From: Gemmatimonadota bacterium
GTDB lineage: Bacteria > Gemmatimonadota > Gemmatimonadetes > Gemmatimonadales > JACORV01
Length of the DNA: 31,784 nucleotides
Assembly: GCA_043735145.1 (NCBI GenBank)
Contig: JAYTEN010000041.1
Coordinates: forward strand, 1 to 31,784
Direction of reading: 5' to 3'
Shown here: one piece after another, positions 1 through 8,436 of the stretch
How positions within the stretch are numbered: position 1 is the first letter of the stretch
How the letters are laid out: each line of letters begins with the position of its first letter
Program-made: the position numbers and the translations under genes
The notes under the pieces: generated by a model
What the model was told of the DNA's origin: nothing
The model's database searches: none
Seen by the model: only the letters and a program-made list of their open reading frames with translations

Positions 1-5
1 TTCCA

Positions 6-1193
6 TCAGATACGCTCCACGGAAAGGGCGACGGCGTTTCCGCCACCAAGGCAGAGAGTGGCGAGCCCGGTGGCCTTGTCTCGAGCCTGCAAAGCATACA
101 GCAGCGTGGTGAGAACGCGAGCGCCGCTGGCGCCGATGGGATGACCGAGGGCGACGGCGCCGCCATTCACGTTGACGCGCGACCAGTCCCAGCCCAGCGC
201 GCGGCCGTCGGCGAGGGCCTGCACGGCGAACGCTTCGTTCGCCTCGATGAGATCGTAATCGCCGATCGTCTTCCCTTCCTTCTGCATCAGGTTCTGCACC
301 GCGACGATCGGCGCGAAGAAGAGGTCCTTCGGCTCGCCGCCACCCGTCGCGTACCCGCTCACGCGCGCCAGCGGCTTCAGGCCGTGGGCCTGCGCATAGG
401 CGAGCGAGGTCACGACGAGCGCGCTGCCGCCGTCGTTGAGCCCGGGCGCATTGCCGGCGGTGACGCTGCCGTCCTTCACGAAGACGGGCTTCAGCTTCGC
501 GAGCGCTTCGAGGGTGGTGTCATGGCGCGGCGCCTCGTCCTTGTCCACGATCGTCGTGCCCTTCCGATCGGCGATCTCGACGGGCGCGATCTCATTCTTG
601 AAATGACACGCCTGCTGCGCCGCCGCCGCCTTCTGCTGGCTCTCGAGCGCGAACTGGTCCTGGTCGGCGCGCGAGATGCCGGCCTTCGTGGCCGTGTACT
701 CCGCGTGGTTGCCCATGTGACAGTCGCCGAACGAGCACCAGAGCCCGTCCATGATGACGCCGTCCTTCATTTCGGTGTTGCCGAGCTTCACGCCATTGCG
801 CATGCCGAACAGGTAATGGGGCGCGTTCGACATCGATTCCTGCCCGCCCGCGACGACGACGTTGACGTCGCCCGCCGCGATCGCCTGCGCCGCGAGCATC
901 ACGGCCTTGAGTCCCGAGCCGCACACCATGTTGATCGTGACCGCGGGCGTAGTGCCCGGGATGCCGGCCTTGATCGCGGCCTGGCGGCCGGGCGCCTGGC
1001 CCGCCCCGCCCTGCACCACGTGCCCCATGATCACGTCCTGCACGTCGCTCACCGAAATGCCGGCGCGCGCGATCGCGGCCCTGATCGCGACGGCGCCGAG
1101 GTCGGAGGCCTTCAGCGGCGCGAGCGCGCCCATGAACTTGCCGATGGGCGTGCGCGCGGCGCTGACGATGACGGCGGTGTTCTTCGGATCCAT
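6..1193 (-). CDS. Acetyl-CoA C-acetyltransferase (thiolase), 395 aa
   Basis: Thiolase motifs NMVCGSGL (catalytic Cys), [13 protein letters not shown] and CLGGG. Start moved to MDPKN (ATG 1193) behind a purine-rich AAAGGGGA. The TGA at 8-6 overlaps an ATG at 6-4 (TGATG), so a coupled downstream gene probably begins at the window edge. Confidence 0.95.
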   Translation of the reverse strand: MDPKNTAVIVSAARTPIGKFMGALAPLKASDLGAVAIRAAIARAGISVSDVQDVIMGHVVQGGAGQAPGRQAAIKAGIPGTTPAVTINMVCGSGLKAVMLAAQAIAAGDVNVVVAGGQESMSNAPHYLFGMRNGVKLGNTEMKDGVIMDGLWCSFGDCHMGNHAEYTATKAGISRADQDQFALESQQKAAAAQQACHFKNEIAPVEIADRKGTTIVDKDEAPRHDTTLEALAKLKPVFVKDGSVTAGNAPGLNDGGSALVVTSLAYAQAHGLKPLARVSGYATGGGEPKDLFFAPIVAVQNLMQKEGKTIGDYDLIEANEAFAVQALADGRALGWDWSRVNVNGGAVALGHPIGASGARVLTTLLYALQARDKATGLATLCLGGGNAVALSVERI

Positions 1194-1216
1194 TGGTTCT
1201 CGTATCCCCTTTGAGA

Positions 1217-1237
1217 GGGCGACCACAAGGGTCGCCC
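1217..1237. repeat. REP-like palindrome / hairpin between thrS and thiolase
   Basis: GGGCGACC-ACAAG-GGTCGCCC, a perfect 8-bp stem. The minus strand reads GTTGGGGCGACCCTTGTGGTCGCCC, resembling GTAG-tagged REPs. Confidence 0.6.
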
Positions 1238-1248
1238 CAACGTGTTCG

Positions 1249-1368
1249 TTATAGATCGAGTGCGCGCGTTATAGATCGAGTGCGCGCCTTATAGATCGAG
1301 TGCGCGCCTTATAGATCGAGTGTGCGCCTTATAGATCGAGTGTGCGCGTCATAGATCGAGGGTGCGTG
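1249..1368. repeat. 20-bp tandem repeat x6 overlapping the thrS stop codon
   Basis: ATAGATCGAG recurs at 1251, 1271, 1291, 1311, 1331 and 1351. The intervening 10-mers are near-identical (TGCGCGCGTT, TGCGCGCCTT x2, TGTGCGCCTT, TGTGCGCGTC). Confidence 0.98.
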
Positions 1369-3274
1369 ATGCGATCCGTTCCTTCAGGTCCGCGATGAAT
1401 GCATCCTGCTGAATGATGTTCTGCTTGGTTCCGGTTCCCCGCGTGCGGACGGCCACGGCGCCGGACTCGGCTTCGCGACCGCCGATGACCGCGAGGTACG
1501 GCACCTTCATCGTCTCGCCGTCGCGGATCTTGTAGTTCAGCGTCTGGTTGCGGTCGTCGAGGTTCGAGCGCACGCCCGCCGCGCGCAGCTTCTGGTGCAG
1601 CGCCTGCGCCGCCTCATTCTGCGCATCGGCGATCGGCAGCACCCGCACCTGCTCGGGAGAGATCCACAGCGGGAAGGCGCCGGCGAAGTGCTCGATCAAA
1701 ATTCCCAGGAAGCGCTCGAACGATCCGCTCACCGCGCGGTGGATGACGACGGGCCGGTGCTCGGCGTTGTCCTCGCCCACATAGATCAGGTTGAAGCGCT
1801 CGGGGGCGGCGTAGTCGAGCTGGATGGTGCCCAGCTGCCAGGTCCGGCCAATGGAGTCGGCGACATGGAAATCGATCTTGGGCCCGTAGAAGGCGCCGTC
1901 GCCCGGATTCAGCGTATACGGCAGGTCGAGCGATTCCAGCGCGGCCTTGAGGCCCGCCTCGGCGCGATCCCACATCGCGTCGTCGCCGATCCGCATCGCC
2001 GGGCGGGTGCCGAACTTCAGCGCCGGCTTCAGGCCGAAGGTGTTGTAGAAACCCACGATGAAATCGGCGAGCCGCTTCACCTCGGCGGCGATCTGGCTTT
2101 CCATCATGAAGATGTGGCAGTCGTCCATCGAGAACTGGCGCACGCGCGTGAGCCCCGACAGCGCGCCCGACAGCTCGTTGCGATGGAGGACGTCGAACGT
2201 CGCCATGCGCAGCGGCAGCTCGCGATACGAATGCTTGCCGTGCGAGTACATCAGGTAGTGCGACGGGCAGTTCATGGGCTTCAGCGAGAAGTCATGCTCG
2301 CCCGACTCGTTGTCGAGCACCATGAACATGTTCTCCCGGTACTTGCCCCAGTGCCCCGACTGCTCCCACAACCCCTTGTTGTACATGAGGGGCGTCTTCA
2401 CTTCCTGGTAGCCGTCGCGCTGGAGCTCCTGGAGATAGCCGTGCAGCTCGTTGACCATCGTGGTCCCGCGCGCCGTCCAGAAGGGCGCGCCTGGGGCCCA
2501 GTGGTGGAACATGAACAGGTCGAGCTCGCGGCCCAGCTTGCGATGGTCGCGCTTGCGCGCCTCCTCGAGCCGCGTGAGGTAGGCGTCGAGATCCTCTTTC
2601 TTGAACCAGGCGGTGCCGTAGATGCGCTGCAGCATCTGGTTCCGCTCGTCGCCGCGCCAGTAGGCGCCCGCGCCGTGCAGCAGCTTGAAGTGCTGGATGC
2701 GGCCGGTGGACGGCACGTGCGGGCCGCGGCAGAGATCGACGAAGGGGCCATCGGTGTAGACGGAGATGGTCTCGGTGTCGGGGATTTCCGACAGGCGCTC
2801 GAGCTTCAGCGGGTCGCCGGCGAAGCGCTGCTCGGCGTCGGGCCGGTTCACGACTTCGCGCACGAAGGGGAAGTCGGCCTTCACCACCTCGCGCATCTCG
2901 GCCTCGATTTTCTCGAGGTCCTCGGGCGTGAAGGGACGCGGCACGGCGAAGTCATAGTAGAAGCCGTCTTCGATAGGCGGGCCGAAGCCGATGCCGGCAT
3001 CGGGGAAGATGCGCCGCACGGCGGTGGCCAGCGCGTGCGCGGCCGAGTGGCGGAGGACGCCGAGGGCGTCGGCGTCGCGGTCGGTGAGGATAGCGAAGGG
3101 ACCCGACGCCTGGAGGGGCCGGTTCATCTCGACGATCTGGCCATCCAGGCGCGCGGCGAGCGCGGCCTTGGCCAGGCGCGGACCGATCGACTCGGCCACC
3201 TGCAACGGGGTCGTGCCGGGATCGACGCGCCGCTCGCTGCCGTCGGGGAGTGTCAGGACAAGCTGTTCGGCCAT
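1349..3274 (-). CDS. thrS: Threonine--tRNA ligase, 641 aa
   Basis: N-terminal TGS domain (LTLPDGS), editing motifs RHSAAH and DLCRGPHV, KPMNCP, GLTRVRQF, GAFYGPKID, HRAVSGSFERF and a C-terminal anticodon-binding domain. Start at MAEQL. Confidence 0.98.
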   Translation of the reverse strand: MAEQLVLTLPDGSERRVDPGTTPLQVAESIGPRLAKAALAARLDGQIVEMNRPLQASGPFAILTDRDADALGVLRHSAAHALATAVRRIFPDAGIGFGPPIEDGFYYDFAVPRPFTPEDLEKIEAEMREVVKADFPFVREVVNRPDAEQRFAGDPLKLERLSEIPDTETISVYTDGPFVDLCRGPHVPSTGRIQHFKLLHGAGAYWRGDERNQMLQRIYGTAWFKKEDLDAYLTRLEEARKRDHRKLGRELDLFMFHHWAPGAPFWTARGTTMVNELHGYLQELQRDGYQEVKTPLMYNKGLWEQSGHWGKYRENMFMVLDNESGEHDFSLKPMNCPSHYLMYSHGKHSYRELPLRMATFDVLHRNELSGALSGLTRVRQFSMDDCHIFMMESQIAAEVKRLADFIVGFYNTFGLKPALKFGTRPAMRIGDDAMWDRAEAGLKAALESLDLPYTLNPGDGAFYGPKIDFHVADSIGRTWQLGTIQLDYAAPERFNLIYVGEDNAEHRPVVIHRAVSGSFERFLGILIEHFAGAFPLWISPEQVRVLPIADAQNEAAQALHQKLRAAGVRSNLDDRNQTLNYKIRDGETMKVPYLAVIGGREAESGAVAVRTRGTGTKQNIIQQDAFIADLKERIASRTLDL

Positions 3275-3396
3275 GCCTCGAGCGGGAGCGCACCCAGGAC
3301 CGGGCGCACCTGCCGTCCATAGAGAAAGAAGAGAGCGACCAGAACCAGGATGAGGACAAAGGCGATGCCCCAACCCAGCAATTGCCGGGGTGTCAT
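3253..3396 (-). CDS. Small single-pass membrane protein (47 aa) overlapping the thrS start
   Basis: MTPRQLLGWGIAFVLILVLVALFFLYGRQVRPVLG...; one clear hydrophobic helix flanked by Arg; 22-nt overlap with thrS. Confidence 0.55.
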   Translation of the reverse strand: MTPRQLLGWGIAFVLILVLVALFFLYGRQVRPVLGALPLEAWPNSLS

Positions 3397-3528
3397 CCGC
3401 GCCTGATTGGGTGTTCCGCCGGTCACCGGAGGGCCCCGTCCGGATGGCGCAACTTGCGATGGGGCGTACGTTTCGCCACTGTACAAGGAATGTAGTCGGG
3501 GGCTTGCCCCGCTGCCACCGGAGACACC

Positions 3529-3993
3529 GTGTCACGCACCAGGAAAGGCCGCCGATTCGAGGTCGCGGACCTGCTGGCAACCGCCGCCGGGTCGATCGTG
3601 GGCGTCGCCCTCGGTTTTATCGCCGCCGGGAGCGTGGGCCGGATCAACCGCACCCGGTTGAAAAACGCGATGGGCCGGCTGACGCTGCGCGGCGCCGCGC
3701 CCAAGCGCTGGACGGAAGACGAAGCGGAGCGGCTGGAAGCACGGGTGCTCGACGCGCTGGCGCAGGACGTGGTGCTCGCGCGGCGTCCGATCCGGGTGTC
3801 GGTCCTCGGGATGGGCCTGGTCGAGCTCACCGGCTCGGTGCTGCACACGGCGGAAGTCGGCGTCGCCAGTGACGTGGTTCAGTCGGTGCCGGGGGTGGAG
3901 ACGGTATTGAATCACCTGGTCGTCGACGCCCCCAGCCGCCCCGCCCAACCCGGGACGCAGGGACCCAACGTGCCTCGCGCCGCCCGCGGCTGA
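3529..3993 (+). CDS. BON domain-containing protein with N-terminal membrane anchor
   Basis: Hydrophobic segment GSIVGVALGFIAAG, then a BON-like pattern (VLDALAQD...IRVSV..GLVELTGSV...VVQSVPGVETVLNHLVV). GGAG precedes the GTG start. Confidence 0.8.
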   Translation: MSRTRKGRRFEVADLLATAAGSIVGVALGFIAAGSVGRINRTRLKNAMGRLTLRGAAPKRWTEDEAERLEARVLDALAQDVVLARRPIRVSVLGMGLVELTGSVLHTAEVGVASDVVQSVPGVETVLNHLVVDAPSRPAQPGTQGPNVPRAARG

Positions 3994-4015
3994 GTGGTGC
4001 AAGGTGACGACCTGC

Positions 4016-4041
4016 GGCCCGCCTGGCGGGCCTTCTTTTTT
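4016..4041 (+). terminator. Intrinsic terminator after the BON gene
   Basis: GGCCCGC-CTG-GCGGGCC followed by TTCTTTTTT. Confidence 0.8.
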
Positions 4042-4114
4042 GGCTGGAATCCGGAAGCTGGAGTCGGGACGACTCCCGGCGGCACTTCGGCTTCGGCCGG
4101 GCAGGCAATCGTCT

Positions 4115-4135
4115 AGATTCCAGATTCCAGATTCC
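4115..4135. repeat. 7-bp tandem repeat (AGATTCC)x3 upstream of valS
   Basis: Directly visible; a complementary CTGGAATC lies at 4044-4051. Confidence 0.85.
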
Positions 4136-4140
4136 GGTCT

Positions 4141-4146
4141 TACACT
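4141..4146 (+). promoter_or_regulatory. -10-like hexamer TACACT 9 nt before the valS ATG (possible leaderless or near-leaderless mRNA)
   Basis: TANNNT immediately upstream of the start, with no Shine-Dalgarno. Confidence 0.45.
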
Positions 4147-4155
4147 CAGGCGCGC

Positions 4156-6849
4156 ATGAACGAGACAGAACTCAGTCCCCAGTATTCTGCGTCCGCGATC
4201 GAGCCCCCGCTCTACCAGGAGTGGCTGGCCCGCGGCCTCTTCACGCCCGACCCGTTGTCGGACCGCGACCCCTTCGTCATCGTGATCCCGCCACCTAACG
4301 TGACGGACAAGCTCCACGTGGGCCACGGGCTGAACAACACCGTGCAGGACGTGATCGTGCGCTTCGAGCGCATGCGGGGGCGCGACACGCTGTGGCTGCC
4401 GGGCACCGACCACGCCGGCATCGCGACCCAGAACGTGGTCGAGAAGCTGCTCGCGAAGGAAGGGAAGACGCGCTTCGACCTGGGCCGCGAGGCGTTCGTG
4501 AAGCGGGTCGAGGCGTACGTGGCCAAGACCGGGACCACGATCCTCGAGCAGCTCAAGGCCATCGGCGCGTCGTGCGACTGGACCCGCACCGCGTACACCC
4601 TCTCGCCGCACCTCTCGCGCGCAGTGCGCGAGGTGTTCGTCCGCCTCTGGGAGGAAGAGCTGATCTACCGCGGCCACCGGGTGATCCACTGGTGCCCGCG
4701 GTGCCTGACGAGCTTGTCGGACGAAGAGGCCGAGCACACTGAGCGCGACGGGCATCTCTATCATATCCGGTATCCGCTGGCCGACGGCTCGGGCTTCGTC
4801 ACCGTGGCGACCACGCGCCCCGAGACGCTGCTGGGCGACGTCGCCATCGCGGTGAGCCCCGAGGACGAGGCCAAGGCGAAGTACATCGGGAAGATGGTGC
4901 GGGTGCCCTTCGCCGACGTGGAGATCCCGATCATCGCCGACGAGGCGGTGGAGATGGGTTTCGGCACCGGCTTCCTCAAGATCACGCCGGCCCACGACCC
5001 GAACGACTTCGAGACCGGCAAGCGCCACCACCTGCCGATGCCGGTGATCCTGGCTCCCGATGCAACCCTGGCCGACGCGGCGCTCGAGGGGAAGGCCGGC
5101 GGCCGCGTGCCGCCCGAGCTGTTCGGCATGGATCGCTTCGAGGCGCGGCGCGTCATGGTCGAGCAACTCAAGCACCTGAAGCTGCTCGAGAAGGTCGAGC
5201 CGCACCGCCATGCCATCCGCCACTGCTATCGCTGCGATACCATCGTGGAGCCGCGGCTCAGCGACCAGTGGTTCGTGCGCACGAAGGGGTTCGCCGAGCG
5301 GGCGCTGAAGGCCCACCTGGACGGCAAGGTGCGCTTCATCCCCGAGCGGCGGGGCGAGGAGTTCAACCAGTGGCTGGAGAACATCCGCGACTGGAACATC
5401 TCGCGGCAGCTCTGGTGGGGGCACCGCATCCCGGTCTGGTACTGCGATGCCTGCAAGACGTCGAAGGCGTACCGCGAAGACCCGACGGCGTGCGACACCT
5501 GCGCCGGCCCGCTGCGCCAGGACGAGGACGTGCTCGATACCTGGTTCAGCAGCTGGCTGTGGCCGTTCTCGACCCTGGGCTGGCCCGACGACACGGCCGA
5601 CCTGCGGCGCTACTACCCGACCGACGTGCTGGTCACGGCGCCGGAGATCCTGTTCTTCTGGGTGGCGCGGATGATCTTCGCCGGGATGCACTTCCTGGGC
5701 GAGGTGCCGTTCCACACCGTGTACCTGCACGGCACGGTGCGCGACACCCAGCACCGCAAGATGTCCAAGTCGTTAGGTAACGGCATCGACCCGCTGGATG
5801 TGGTGCGGCTCTACGGCGCCGACGCGCTGCGCTTCACCGTGACCAACGGCCTCGCCGTGGGCACCGACATCATCCTCGACAACAACGACCTCGAGGCGAG
5901 CTTCGCGAGCGGGCGGAATTTCGCCAACAAGCTGTGGAATGTCGGGCGGCTGGTGCTCTCGCACCTTGCGGACGGGGGGACGGGGGGATGGGGGGCCGGG
6001 GGGTCTGGAATCGATGCCGAACGGCTGACGCTGGCCGACCGGTGGATACTGTCCAGGCTCGACCGGTGCGTGCGCGAGGCGACCGACCACATGGAGCGCT
6101 TCCGGCTGAACGATGCGACCGGGACGCCGTACCACTTCCTGTGGGACGACTTCGCCGACTGGTATCTCGAGGCGATCAAGCCGCGCCTCTATGGCGACGA
6201 GCCGGGCGGCGACGTGGCGCGCGCGGTGGCGGTGCAGTGCTTCGACACGGTGCTGCGGCTGCTGCACCCGATCATGCCGTTCATCACCGAGACCCTTTTC
6301 CGCCGGCTTCCCGGCAACACCGGCCGCACCATCGTCACCGCCCCATGGCCGGCGACCCGCGGCGCCGAGGATACGGCGACGGAAGCGGACTTCGCGTTCG
6401 TGCAGGCGCTGGTGGACGGCATCCGCGCCATCCGCGCCGACGCCAACGTGAAGCCGGGGCAGACGGTCGCTGCGTCAATCGCGGGGCTCACGCCGCGCGC
6501 GCGGGCCGCCATGGACGCCGAACGCGGCATGATCATGCGTCTCGCCAGGCTGTCGTCGCTCGACGAAGCCGAGCCGTCGGGGCCAGGCGGGTTCGCGGTG
6601 CTGCCGGGCGGCGCGTCGGTGTTTGTGGGCCTGGCCGGCGCCGTGGACGTGGCGAAAGAATGTGGCCGCCTGGGCGAGGAGCTCCAGCGGCTCGAGCGCC
6701 AACTCGAAGGGCTCACGTCCAAGCTTGCCAACGAGAATTTTCTGGCCAAGGCAAAACCGGAAGTCGTGGTTCAGGAGCGACAGAAGCAGACCGACTGGAC
6801 CGAGAAGGCGGGAACGTTGCGGGCGAAGCAGAAGGCGCTGGGATGCTGA
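4156..6849 (+). CDS. valS: Valine--tRNA ligase, 897 aa
   Basis: PPPNVT..LHVGH (HIGH), GTDHAGIATQ, ATTRPET, ITPAHDPND, WNISRQLWWGHRIP, DVLDTWFSS, KMSKSLGN and a C-terminal coiled-coil arm. Confidence 0.98.
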   Translation: MNETELSPQYSASAIEPPLYQEWLARGLFTPDPLSDRDPFVIVIPPPNVTDKLHVGHGLNNTVQDVIVRFERMRGRDTLWLPGTDHAGIATQNVVEKLLAKEGKTRFDLGREAFVKRVEAYVAKTGTTILEQLKAIGASCDWTRTAYTLSPHLSRAVREVFVRLWEEELIYRGHRVIHWCPRCLTSLSDEEAEHTERDGHLYHIRYPLADGSGFVTVATTRPETLLGDVAIAVSPEDEAKAKYIGKMVRVPFADVEIPIIADEAVEMGFGTGFLKITPAHDPNDFETGKRHHLPMPVILAPDATLADAALEGKAGGRVPPELFGMDRFEARRVMVEQLKHLKLLEKVEPHRHAIRHCYRCDTIVEPRLSDQWFVRTKGFAERALKAHLDGKVRFIPERRGEEFNQWLENIRDWNISRQLWWGHRIPVWYCDACKTSKAYREDPTACDTCAGPLRQDEDVLDTWFSSWLWPFSTLGWPDDTADLRRYYPTDVLVTAPEILFFWVARMIFAGMHFLGEVPFHTVYLHGTVRDTQHRKMSKSLGNGIDPLDVVRLYGADALRFTVTNGLAVGTDIILDNNDLEASFASGRNFANKLWNVGRLVLSHLADGGTGGWGAGGSGIDAERLTLADRWILSRLDRCVREATDHMERFRLNDATGTPYHFLWDDFADWYLEAIKPRLYGDEPGGDVARAVAVQCFDTVLRLLHPIMPFITETLFRRLPGNTGRTIVTAPWPATRGAEDTATEADFAFVQALVDGIRAIRADANVKPGQTVAASIAGLTPRARAAMDAERGMIMRLARLSSLDEAEPSGPGGFAVLPGGASVFVGLAGAVDVAKECGRLGEELQRLERQLEGLTSKLANENFLAKAKPEVVVQERQKQTDWTEKAGTLRAKQKALGC
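5972..6003 (+). repeat. (NN-GGGGGG)x4 in-frame tract in valS, a G-quadruplex-type motif
   Basis: G6-AC-G6-AT-G6-CC-G6 (5974-6003), encoding DGGTGGWGAGG. Confidence 0.9.
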
Positions 6850-8384
6850 GAAAGACCGTCGAAACGTCGAAACGTCGAAACGTCAAAGCGTGGACATGTT
6901 TTCGCTTCGACGCTTCGACGCTTCGACGCTTCGACGTGTTGCTACTTGCTCTCATCGCCGCGTGCGCCTCCACCGGCGATCCCCCGGGCGGGGCGCCGGA
7001 CCGCACCCCGCCCACCGTTCTGAGCGTGTCGCCGGAATCGGGCGCGGTGCTCGGCGCGCCGCCCGCGGAAGCCCGCATCACCTTCGACGAAGTCATCAGC
7101 GAGCGCACCGGCGGCCAGCCGCCCGACATCAGCGCCGCCGTGTTGCTCTCACCGACGGCCGAAGCGGTGCGGGTGCAATGGAAGCGCGACCACATCACCG
7201 TGCGCCCCAAATCGGGATTCCAGGCGGGACGCATCTATCACCTCGAGCTGCTGCCCGTCATCACCGACCTGCGCACCAATCGGATGCGCGCCGGACGGAC
7301 CATCGTCTTCTCGACCGGCCCCGCGATCCCCGACTCGCGCCTCGAGGGCACCGTGGTGGACTGGGTCGCCGGCCGCCCCGCGGCGCGCGCGCTGATCGAG
7401 GCGGTGCTGATGCCCGACTCGCTGGTCTACCGCACCCTCGCCGACTCGGGCGGGGTGTTCCGGCTCTCGCAGGTCCCGCCCGGACACTACCGCGTCTACG
7501 GCGTGATCGACCAGAACAACGACCGCCGGCGCGGCCTGCGCGAGATCTACGACTCGGCCGGCGTGGACCTCGACAGCGTGGCGCCGCCACTGGAGCTGTA
7601 CGCGTTCGCGCGCGACACCGTCGGCCCGCGGCTGCGGCAGACCGAAGTCGTCGACTCGATGACGCTGAAGCTGACCTTCGACCGTCCCCTCGATCCCACG
7701 CTGGTGCTCGACACCGCCATGGTGACGGTCGCGGCGCTCGAGGATTCCACCACGGCGCTTCCGCTGCTCGGCGTGTACACGCTGAAGGGTCTCGACTCGG
7801 CAAAAACCCGCGCCGACTCGATCCGCCGCGCCGCCGCCGACACGCTGCCGCGCGTGCCCGCCGACAGCCTGCGCCCGCCGGCCGGCAACACCAGTCGCGG
7901 CATTCCGCCCGACACGACGCGCCGCGTGCGGCCCGACACCACCCGCCGCGCGCCGGGGGATACCACCCGCGCCCGCGCCCGGGCGGGTGCGCCGGTGCGC
8001 CCGCCGGTCCGGACGCCGCAGGATTCCACCTGGCGCACCGTCCGGCCGCCGCTCGATTCCACCCGCGCCGACCGGATGATCGCACGCCATCCCGCGCCCA
8101 CCGACGTGCGCATCGTGCAGCTCGCGGAGCCGCTGGTGCCCGGCACCCGGTACGTGGTCTTCGTGCGCGGCGCGCGCAGCCTGTCGGGGAATGCCAAGGA
8201 TGGGCGCGGGCAGGTGCGGGCGCCGAGACCAGCAAGGCAGGCGCCAGGTCGCCCAGTCGCCAAGCCAGACAGCGCCGGCGTGACGCCACCCGACAGCACG
8301 CAGCGCGATTCCACGCCGATGCGCGCGGATAGCGCGCGCCCGGCCCCGCGCGACAGCACCACCCCGCCGGTTCGCCGCCCGTGA
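6843..8384 (+). CDS. Ig-like (Big_5-type) domain lipoprotein with a carboxypeptidase-regulatory-like domain and low-complexity D-S/T-rich C-terminal region, 513 aa
   Basis: Lipobox LIAA-C followed by ASTGDPPGGAPDRTPP, resembling Bacteroidota C-A-x-x-G-x-P-x-GG-x-x-D-x-x-PP Ig-like lipoproteins; VPPGHYRVYG..D.N.D. The ATG at 6843 overlaps the valS stop; an alternative in-frame GTG lies at 6936. Confidence 0.75.
   Translation: MLRKTVETSKRRNVKAWTCFRFDASTLRRFDVLLLALIAACASTGDPPGGAPDRTPPTVLSVSPESGAVLGAPPAEARITFDEVISERTGGQPPDISAAVLLSPTAEAVRVQWKRDHITVRPKSGFQAGRIYHLELLPVITDLRTNRMRAGRTIVFSTGPAIPDSRLEGTVVDWVAGRPAARALIEAVLMPDSLVYRTLADSGGVFRLSQVPPGHYRVYGVIDQNNDRRRGLREIYDSAGVDLDSVAPPLELYAFARDTVGPRLRQTEVVDSMTLKLTFDRPLDPTLVLDTAMVTVAALEDSTTALPLLGVYTLKGLDSAKTRADSIRRAAADTLPRVPADSLRPPAGNTSRGIPPDTTRRVRPDTTRRAPGDTTRARARAGAPVRPPVRTPQDSTWRTVRPPLDSTRADRMIARHPAPTDVRIVQLAEPLVPGTRYVVFVRGARSLSGNAKDGRGQVRAPRPARQAPGRPVAKPDSAGVTPPDSTQRDSTPMRADSARPAPRDSTTPPVRRP
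6857..6935. repeat. Palindromic 8-bp microsatellite (CGTCGAAA)x3-4 ... (GCTTCGAC)x4
   Basis: Left arm 6857-6888, central ACATGT 6894-6899, right arm 6904-6935; the arms are reverse complements with one mismatch per unit. Confidence 0.92.
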
Positions 8385-8410
8385 GCCCCGAGGCCGGGAC
8401 ACTGCCGACC

Positions 8411-8434
8411 TGGCGACTTGGCGACTTGGCGACT
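8411..8434. repeat. 8-bp tandem repeat (TGGCGACT)x3 directly before the selA start
   Basis: Directly visible; reverse-complement-like copies at 8244-8264 and 9070-9098. Confidence 0.9.
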
Positions 8435-8436
8435 TG

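Noticed and set aside
1249-1368. CRISPR array or plasmid iterons
   Set aside because: The units are contiguous with no unique spacers, there are no cas or rep genes, and the unit is a copy of the thrS 3' end.
3275-3580. N-terminal extensions from the ORF track (thrS to 3580; likewise 5934, 10431, 14369, 19204, 24368, 27772)
   Set aside because: Homology motifs, SD or -10 signals and signal peptides begin at the downstream starts used above; the extensions run through other genes or repeats.
3397-4155. T-box riboswitch upstream of thrS or valS
   Set aside because: No T-box consensus (GGTGGNACCGCG) or specifier-stem motifs; the hairpin at 4016-4041 is explained as the BON gene terminator.
6844-6849. 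Selenocysteine read-through at the valS TGC-TGA end
   Set aside because: ValS is already full length, the downstream hairpin is a microsatellite rather than a SECIS-like loop, and an overlapping ATG explains the junction.
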